Assembly: GCA_004764695.1 (NCBI GenBank)
Contig: SMSO01000037.1
Span: forward strand, 2,952,747 to 3,016,746
DNA length: 64,000 nt
Reading direction: 5' to 3'
DNA from: Schizochytrium sp. TIO01
Taxonomy: Eukaryota > Protista > Bigyra: Labyrinthulomycetes
Below, piece by piece: positions 15,201 through 24,262 of the stretch. Position numbers and translations under genes: made by a program. A model generated the notes under the pieces. It worked only from the letters and a program-made list of their open reading frames with translations. It had not been told where the DNA came from and ran no database searches. Position 1 is the stretch's first letter; every line of letters starts with the position of its first letter.

Positions 15201-18200
15201 TAATGGAAATACGCTTGATGACTACTGTACTTGTTTGCTTTTCAGTATCCGGTTTAGCCAGTATCACACGAACATACCTCGCCATAACAGGCGATGTGTG
15301 TTCTCGTACTGGGAAACAATACGTACACCTTCGTAAGAGCAAGTTTTGTGCGTGCGCAAGTGAATGTTCGGTTCCGTTCTTTAAGCCACAACAGCGTAAC
15401 TCTGAAGCGGTGAGCCCTGCTTCAATCCGGATTGATGCAGGGACCAGAGAAACGCCTCGTGATGTCTTAAGAGAAGTTTCAAAGGTGAGTTCTATGTCAG
15501 CAAGACGATAAACTTGGCGCAAATCAAGAACGAATGAAACCTCAGTAGTATTCTCGAATCGACACTGAGCACTAAAAGTGTACGATTCACGAAACCGTGA
15601 TGAAAGAACTTTTTCTAACGCAGAGAAAAAATAATAAGACACTGAGGATTGAGCTTGACTTTTTTCCACACGGATGTTCTCGATTGGGCTACAGGCAATT
15701 GCTAAGGACTGAAATGCATCTCCTGTCTCATTTTGACCATCTTTGTTTGTGCGCGTAAGAAAACTAGGATCAATAATAAACGATGGGAAATCCTTCCCCG
15801 CATTCCTTGCAAACATGTGCTGGAGACTCACCAACAACGTGTCACTTCTTTCTTTCAAAGCCTCACTGTTAGGCAATGTGGGAATCACTAAGTTGCGATT
15901 GACGGCCATTGGTGTTCGCGCACCTGAATCACCTCGTATATAACGAGATAAAATCTCAGCGCCACCTATCTCAACAAACTTTTGTAAGGCCTGAGGTTGG
16001 GTTTCCATCAACAACAGCATTGACTCGGAAACTGCAGATTTACATTCAATGCCGAGATCAACCGCAGATCGAAGACACGCTTTTAATGTAACACCGACAT
16101 CGAGGCTGCCCAAATGATAAATCACTGCTCGTAAAGTCAACCAAAACCCGATTTGGCTTGAACAAATGACTTCTTTAAGGCGTGCTAGATTTGCCTCTTC
16201 CTTGTACTGGCGGGCCAAAAATGAAGTTAAAATCCATTTTTCCTCGTCTGCAAACCATTTGGACTGGCTGGTAAGCTTGTTGTGTGTAAAGATTATGTTT
16301 TCTTCAAAACTAACACATGAACACACCATATTACAGAAATCAACTCGACGCATCTCGGATCGTAAAGCTGGCGTATCCAGGACAAAAATAGAAAGTAGCA
16401 AAAAGTCTATCATCAACTCATCTGACCATTGGGTTAGGGCCACCTCCTGAGCCATGCGCTCTACTTCGGCAGTGGCTTGCGCGATAGCATGCTCAGTCTT
16501 ACTATCTTTATCTGATGCCTGCGCAAACTTCTTTCCAGTTGCGGTCTGGAGTGGAGGGCTTTTCAAAGTACTCTTCTGAGGTTCCACATGATACGGACTG
16601 GCCTCATGTGCATTTCCCTCAGATGCAGGCATTGTCCACTGCAGTACAGAAACACCACTGGGAGGAGTCAAAAAGTCCGGTAAAATATCAGTTTCGCCTT
16701 TTGCTGATACTTGAGGTGTTTCCATTGGGCCGGACTTACTTTTGCTATTATGTAGATGGTCCAAGATGTTACTTTGGGCAGTTTTAGCATCTACCTGTGC
16801 TGTAGCTGCCGTAAGATCAGCTGCCTTTGCAAGTGCCTTCTCAAAGGATAGTTCTGCTTTTCGGAAATCTAAAAGACGGCCCATTCCATGACAAAGGAAG
16901 TTCGCAATAGAAAGAGATACTCGTCTGCTGATTTTAACTTGTGAAAAAGTTGTCATTATCTCATGATGAAGGCATGGTACAAGCTCTTGAAGAATCAAAG
17001 GCTCAGTGGATATTGCAAGATTGGCCAAACCAACCACTATATAGCAATAATCATCATGAAGCTCTTCAGCACCGGATAACGCCTCCAATACTTTTCGAAC
17101 AAGATTCATGGTGACCGAGGGTTCCCCACTGCCACTACTAAGACGAATGCGCACAGCATCCATAATCTCCTCGCTTGGAATAGCCCGCAGTTTATCAACT
17201 GACACTGTGCATAGAACATTTGCTAAATCAGTCCAAATCTTCGAATCACGAATGGAGAACGTTAAGTTCAAGAGGCCCCGCAAAGTCTCTACATAGAGGG
17301 CGTCTCCAATTTCGGCCCATCGTATCAGAGGCAGCATTGATGGGATCAAACCATCGGACGAAGATCCATTTATAAGATTTGTGATGTTTACTTGCAGCGG
17401 CGCCCAGGCCTCTTGGTCCGCTTGACAGATTCGGTCCATCAGAGTTTCGGCACATGTTCGCTTCAGCGAATCAGAGCTTATAAGTTCATCATTATTGACA
17501 ACCAAAAGTGATTGCACCATTGGCCAAACAGCCTCATCAGACATGGCGCTAGCAAATTGTGTGTCTCCGAGACGTACTGAGAGTTGTTGAATAATGTGGA
17601 AAGATAGTACATAAATATCGCGCAGCAACCCATTTGAAACGAGAGAGGCCAATTGCTGCGCTTCGCATAAGAGAGCGAGTGCGTCTGGAACGCATGTATC
17701 TAATCCTGAGCCGCCCCTACTGTGAGTTCGTCGTGGTTGCTCTCGATCTGCTGGATTTGACAATGAGAACATTGTTGTAGATCTTGTAGTCAAAAGATTC
17801 ACAGTAGCATGGGCGACGTGATAGTACGCCTCGGACTTCCGCAAACACTCGTGAGCAAGGCGTAATAAGCTTGTAACAGTATCGGGTAAGAAGTTACTTG
17901 TCGAATTCATTTCTCGAAGGAGGTCACCAAGGAATCGGAAATCAGCTTTGTTGATCCACGACAGTACATCTGGGTTGAGATCTATTTCATTGCGAATAAT
18001 TTTCACAACCAAATTCGGGACGTGATTTGCAACATGCACAAGAGCATGTAGAAATGACTTACGCAGTGACCGAGACGTACAATATAAACCAAAGGTACGG
18101 GAGAGCGCAATCAAGTGATTTTGGATATCTGGTTCATGAGCTTTTGATTTTCCTTCTTCAAGAAATGTTTCAAGAGACCGCGCGAGTAACTTTGAGCACA

Positions 18201-21200
18201 ACTTCAGCCGAGCAATATGATCAGAGACCGGTAAGCACCCTTGAATAGTCATGAGTTTCCGGGAAACCATGGTTTGACCTGCTTGAAGAGCTGCCATAAT
18301 AGTGTATAGTTCCTGAAAAAAATTATGTTCATCTTCACTTGGATGACGTTCTGATTTCCAAACCTCAGCATGACTTAAAAGAAATTTTTTCATCACATTC
18401 GAACACATCGTCCATTTCTCAGCTAATGCAGAGCATGTTCTCTCCATGAGTCGAATAGACTGCTCTGATGGGGTTTCTGCTTCAACTCCTGTGGCACTCA
18501 CACAGAGCGCATATGAACCGAGACCGTGTAAGTCAGTAAAATTGACAACAGCTACAAGGAAATTACCCTTCGCACAAACTGATGGAAGTACAAAAAGTGT
18601 TCGTGATGATTTTACTAGCGATGGGGGTGCATCAGACGACCACTTCGCAAGAGAGAGACGCTCACATATGACATTACCATGTGTTTTCAACCAACGCATA
18701 TCAATTGACTTTGATTTTGCCGCTTGGCGGGCTGTGACCTCATTGTCAAAGGCAATGAGGGATAGAGAACCTATGGGCGAAGTTGAAATATAGTCGTCAA
18801 CTTGACGCCTATGAGTACCCCGCATGATTCTCAGTGTTATCTGAACCGCTTGTAGAAACACTGGCTTAGATGGGTCAAATGGGTCACCTAAACCTATCGC
18901 GAGAGCTACATTCTGTTTCTTTCCCGAAGCAGTGTCACAATCCCAAGTAGCATGAACGCTACGACCAATCCCAGCCGCGCTCAAAATCATGGAATTGCTT
19001 GTACTGAGAGTGGGATCCTTATTCAGCGCAGGAGGAACTGCTGTACTGAGTTTGAGAGGAGGATTCATTGAGCTAAGGGCCGCAGACTTCATATAACGCT
19101 CCCATTCCACAGTCAAGGAGGCTCGTTGAAGGGCAATAAGGGAGTCTGTCAGCTTACCTACTACACGACATGAATTCCGCTCCCCACCATCCAGCAAGGC
19201 AACATCAGGATTCTGAATATTTGATTCCAAAAAACGTGTTGTTAATAAAGACACCTTGCTGACTGAAACGCCCTGGTAGGGCCCTCCATGAAGCAAGGAA
19301 ACTTCTCGCTGAAGCTCCTCCCGACGTTGCAAACTCTGGGGTGTCTCGAATACGCTTTCTAACTCGAAGGCCATTGGAGTAAACACAGCTTGGTGAGACT
19401 TAAAATGTCGCCGAATCAATCCCATAAATACCGCTTGTGAATCCTTATTCTCAAAAGACACTAATTGCTCGCCGTAGTCACGCAAGATTTTCAATAACAT
19501 TTTAAGATTTGACTCGACGTTGGGTAGTCGGGGCTCGTAGAATTCAGTAAAGATACTAAAAAACATCCGGATCGAGGGTGCTGATAGCATAGGTAGGTTG
19601 ACCATATCTTTCATACAACCCAGTACAATGTCTGTCCAGGTATCTGAGTGGTTTTTATTGGATGCAAGAAGATCATGCAGAAATGCATATGTTGCGATAC
19701 TATGCGACAGATCTGCTTGGAGCACCCCTTCATGGAATAACCTGATCACTCGGCTCTTCGTTTTATTGAGGCTCTTCCAAATCATATCCATGTAAATTGG
19801 AAGAAGAGAGCGCAAAAGACGCACTGCTGATTCTGATTGACTTTCACAGAGGTCATCTACAAATTTAGAAATGTTGTCTTTGGGTATGTTGGAGGGGAAA
19901 CGCCCATCTGTACTTTGTCGACCTGTCGAACATACTTGTAGTACTAGAGGGGGGGGCGTTGCACTACATGTTGATTCTCTTGGATCATCAGCGCTACTCA
20001 GGTCGAGGCCCTCATCAAGTTGGAGAATTCTCACCGATACGACTACTTTGCTCACATTCAAAGGTAGCGTTTGCAAATTCCATTGCCCACTGTCTCTTTC
20101 TAAACGTAAAACATCATCAGACTTTGTATCATTCCCATTTGATTCAGATTGACGCGGATGCTGTTTAAGCACATTGACATCCGCAGGACTTGAATCATTG
20201 GTGGCGAGATTATTCAAATTGCCCCTCTTCCAAATTTCTTCAGAATATTCTTGCAAATTGCCATAGAATGATTGAACCGATGACCCTGGAACCCATAATC
20301 CTGAGGAGCGGTTGTTGACAATTGAAGCGCTGCTACTATTAATACCTTTGCCATCGTCAATGCAACGAGAAGCTGATGTTCTCATGGTTGCACCCGCCCC
20401 AATGCCTCCACTGGCAACATTTGCGACATTCTTTGTTGTATGAGAAGAAATGGTTTCTATTCTAGATGAAGATGATGCGGAGGCCTTAGTTGACGTCTTT
20501 GCTGAATCAAGTCCCATGGGAGAAGCTCCTGACGACGCCTTACTTTCAGCTGTACACATTGTTTGGCTCGCTGTTGCTAAAGAAGAAACATGTCCATCGC
20601 AAGTTCCACGTCTACTCTCTTTAAGAAAGACTTCCCTCTGTGCAATCAAAGTCTTCCCATATGTACTCACGACATGATCGTTGTGATTAAGAAAGAAAAG
20701 CGTTACATGACAGTGAGCGCGTGGGTTGAAAGATTTGTATGCAGATATTGATCCGTGCACGGGGAAAAAAATTTCGCAGTTGAATTGGCCAACTAAGGTA
20801 TCAAATGGATATTCCAATTCCAAAGTTGCCTGATTCTGCATAAAATGGTCAATCACTAGAGTGGTCACAATGGGTAAATTCATCGAATCGGAGGTCACGT
20901 TTGCGATTCGAAGGTTGGGGCTAAGTAAATGTATTCGATGAGATAAGACCTGACCCAGACGGGCACTAAAGAGAATGGCATTCCGTGCATCTGCTGATAG
21001 TGTCTGAGAATGGACGCTTGACATCTGGCAGATGTACGTTTGAAGCGAATCGTCCCTCTTCTCAAAGACGAAAAGGAAAGGATCAGGTCCATCGGAGAGG
21101 CTACGCACGAGGTTTGGTCCAGGTAATATTAAATCTGATCTTTGGGTTTCAAGAGTGCCTGCATCGAAGATCCATATTTTGCCACTCCTCCTGTCTTGGA

Positions 21201-23352
21201 TTAGAACGGTTGTAGAGGAGCACAAAATATGTATGTTGCTAACAAATTCTTCGTTATCACTGCTTCCTATCAAATCAGTGAGAATGATTTTTGAGCTTAC
21301 TGCAGATTCATTCGAGCCAAGCGAGTATCGTTGAAGAACAAATCCATTCGATTTAGGTGAGCGAAGCAGAACCCACAATAACCCTTTAGAAAGGTCTGTT
21401 TGAGTTGCAAGCACTTCACTATGACTAAACGACTTTGACCAGAATTGCACCAGACCTTGCTTTCGAAAAACATAGGCAATCACCACAATTTTGCTTGGGG
21501 TAGCTATCGTAAAATAAAGGGTCGCACGTGATAACATACTTCTTAAAGCCTTGTTGGATAATTGTGCTGACTGTTCATTATCTACAAGATCAGACCAAAT
21601 TGCTGAGTCAAGAAACTGATCATAGAGATGATGATATGGGTCCTTGCTATGCTTTGAACGGGAGATATTGGAGCTCTCTTTTGTTGCAGCAGCTGAAGCG
21701 CCTTGGCCCGAGACAAGAACATTGGCGTGTTCTCCCGGGCTGTAATGAGCTGTCGTAGATCTACAACGGCGAGGTTGAAATGGAGTCATGGCAAGCTTCA
21801 AGTCGAGAATTTTACCATCACTAGGCAGATTTGCACTTGCGAGTCGACAAACACCATACTCAGCACAGAACAGTTCGATTGTACCAGTCTGGTTTAGTTG
21901 TAAAAACAAAGGACTCTCTTTATCGTCTGCACTAACCAAGAGATGACACGGAGAAGAGGTGGAGCGATAAGCTGGATGAGAGCACATTGCGTTCCTTGTA
22001 ACAGAAGCTGGAATAAGTTCTTCTAACATACACCACTTGGATAGTTGATGGTTTTTAGTCCATAAATCTGAGGAACGCAATGCATTAGGAGGTCGTTTCG
22101 TCCTGGGGCTCGTGAAACGAGAATGTATTAGATTACCCTGCTTGGCTTCCTTTGACCCCCAAGTTTGCACATTTGCTTGGCGGCCGTGCATACAACAATC
22201 ATTTCCACAAACCAGCAAGGACATCTCAGGCCTTGGGTCGTACTCATCGAAGCGCTTTGTTTTGGCATAGAAAGGTCTTGCAGCAAAATACTTGCGATGT
22301 GAGCGCAAACATCCAATATGCTTCTGTAAATCTTCTTTCCAAAATGTATCCTCTCGAAATGCTCCACAACGCAACAAAATCGTCTCCGCTGAAACCAACG
22401 TGGGGCTGGTAGCCTCCTCTGTTTGTAACATGTATTGAGGCAAGGTTTCGTCAATCTGACGCGCCTCACTGGCCTGATCCATGTCCTGTGCAGAGATACT
22501 TTCTTCATGAGAGTCGTCACAAGAACCTATATCAGGCATGCGAGTTTCTGAGTGTGTCAACTGAGAAGACATCCATCGGGTACGGACATACTCCCCTATA
22601 CGTGCCAGCGGGGCTAATGCTGGTGAGGCAAGGTAGTCTGCAGAGGCTAACAACGAAGCATATTCAGTTCTAGCTCGAGGAGAGTCTAAACCCTCAATAG
22701 AAAGTGGAAGTTGAGCCCAGCTGGGGTTAGGAGGTGCATGGGACCTTTGCTGATCATTTTGTAAAGAAGAACATAGTGCCTCGATTCTTGTCCGTAAAAT
22801 ATTGAAGCTAAGTCCAGCGGTTCTGACTTTTGCATCAACGAAAATGTTAATAACAGGGGGTCTGATCTGTGCACACGTGTCCTCGTCCAAACTAGCCACA
22901 CCGTGCGAGACTGAATCGTCATCGTCTTTCGGTGAACACGAAACAGATCGCGTATCAAGGTCATCTTCATGCCTATTGCTATGGCTGCAATGATCATCCA
23001 TAACACGCTCAACTCTAGAGTGTAGATTTTCAAAATTATCATCATGGTTCTGACTTAGTGATGACCTGGAGCGGTTCCGTGCGGTCTTACATTGTTCCGA
23101 TTGGGCTTCAGAATATCGAGAAGATTCTGGCATGCAAAGATCGGCAATAATTAAGTCATCTGCAAGATCACTCTCGTCGCTTTCAAGGCTCAATCGCAAC
23201 ATATGTTCAGGAAGACCCTCCGCACGTGCACATTTCTGTCTCAAATCCGCAATCGTGATTTGCGCCAGACATGTGATGTAAATTGGATTTCCACAGAATG
23301 GGTTCTTGATACAAACTGTGATTGAATTTTCGGGTTTGGCTTGCCTCTTCAT
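9295..23352 (-). CDS. Giant BIRC6/BRUCE-like E2-E3 hybrid ubiquitin-conjugating enzyme (4685 aa ORF, intronless)
   Basis: C-terminal UBC of BIRC6/UBE2Z type ([54 protein letters not shown], catalytic Cys; YPYFNEPG). Also a UBR-box Zn finger (CSF..[29 protein letters not shown], ~12360-12550), SPRY (~13200-13620), Tudor-like SH3 barrel (~11420-11580), jelly-roll/CBM32-like segment (~15190-15600) and N-terminal ubiquitin-like domain (~23180-23322). Confidence 0.9.
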   Translation of the reverse strand: [4685 protein letters not shown]

Positions 23353-24262
23353 GGCTTAGAGTCGATTGGCATTTGCTAGGCATGCCGTGTTCCTCCATAG
23401 CCAGTAACCATTTTGCCAATCTGACTTCCGGGCTATGCTCTCCTAATGCTAGGCGGAAAGTATTCAGTTGTGCAAGGGGGAGTGGAACGTAGTCTGGGAA
23501 CGCTATGGTAGACATTGGGAAGGTGCCATCGACCGGGTTCCGGTGCAGTACATACCTTCGCACACCTGACGCGATCACGAGAACATCTCCATCTGCACAT
23601 GCTGCAACTTTAGAGCCTATTTCCGGAAGAGGATGAGTCCACAGGACCTTGATAGCTGTCTTTTCTACATCCTGGGTCTCTAAGTTTTGTTGCGTTCCAT
23701 GGAAATCCACTATCGCGATCCATTCCTTGCACGAGATTTTTTCTGCAATTACTAAAGCTTTCCTTGCTGACCCAGGTCCCAGAGAGCACGCATCAACAAT
23801 TTTTGTCAATAGGTGCTCATGCATAAATCCCTGCGCATTGTGCACGAGTTCTGAGCCGCCAATGTAAATCTGATCTAATCCTCCATTGCGCTTGAATGCG
23901 CCCAAATGCCGTTCCGCAGTTCGTTCCGCAATTCCTGAACGTCTTTCTGCACAGTAAGGTCTCTCTGCTTCCGAAACCTTTTTATAGTCTACCTCCGCGT
24001 CCTCCATAAAATTTTTCGAGCTGCCCTCCCCCCGCGGGGATCTTTCCATCCTCTGTTCGAATTCTACGAGCGAGCTTTTCTTCTTGTCGTTGGGCTCTTT
24101 CGGAGATAGGATAGTGGGGCTCTCAGCCATGGACCCCTGCGCCGCGCTTATTTCCGAAGACAGGGGCAGAGATGCTCCTAAAGGAACTACAGAGGAAATC
24201 GCCTCCGGGGATGACGACGAGCTCGGACTTGGCGAGGCACGCCACGAACTCTCGCGTGCCAT
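23207..24262 (-). CDS. 351-aa ORF, probable N-terminal part of the BIRC6-like ligase (joined by a +1 frameshift)
   Basis: ATG start downstream of an AT-rich promoter-like tract; overlaps the giant ORF by 146 bp in a different frame; beta-propeller-like strands (WIAIVDF..IKVLWTHPL..VAACADGDVLVIASG); no GT(A/G)AG-type donor visible at the junction. Confidence 0.65.
   Translation of the reverse strand: MARESSWRASPSPSSSSSPEAISSVVPLGASLPLSSEISAAQGSMAESPTILSPKEPNDKKKSSLVEFEQRMERSPRGEGSSKNFMEDAEVDYKKVSEAERPYCAERRSGIAERTAERHLGAFKRNGGLDQIYIGGSELVHNAQGFMHEHLLTKIVDACSLGPGSARKALVIAEKISCKEWIAIVDFHGTQQNLETQDVEKTAIKVLWTHPLPEIGSKVAACADGDVLVIASGVRRYVLHRNPVDGTFPMSTIAFPDYVPLPLAQLNTFRLALGEHSPEVRLAKWLLAMEEHGMPSKCQSTLSHEEASQTRKFNHSLYQEPILWKSNLHHMSGANHDCGFETEMCTCGGSS

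Noticed and set aside
23207-24262. Upstream ORF as an ornithine decarboxylase antizyme gene
   Set aside because: Only the TCC-TGA site matches; neither frame resembles antizyme. The site is kept only as an alternative hypothesis in the frameshift finding
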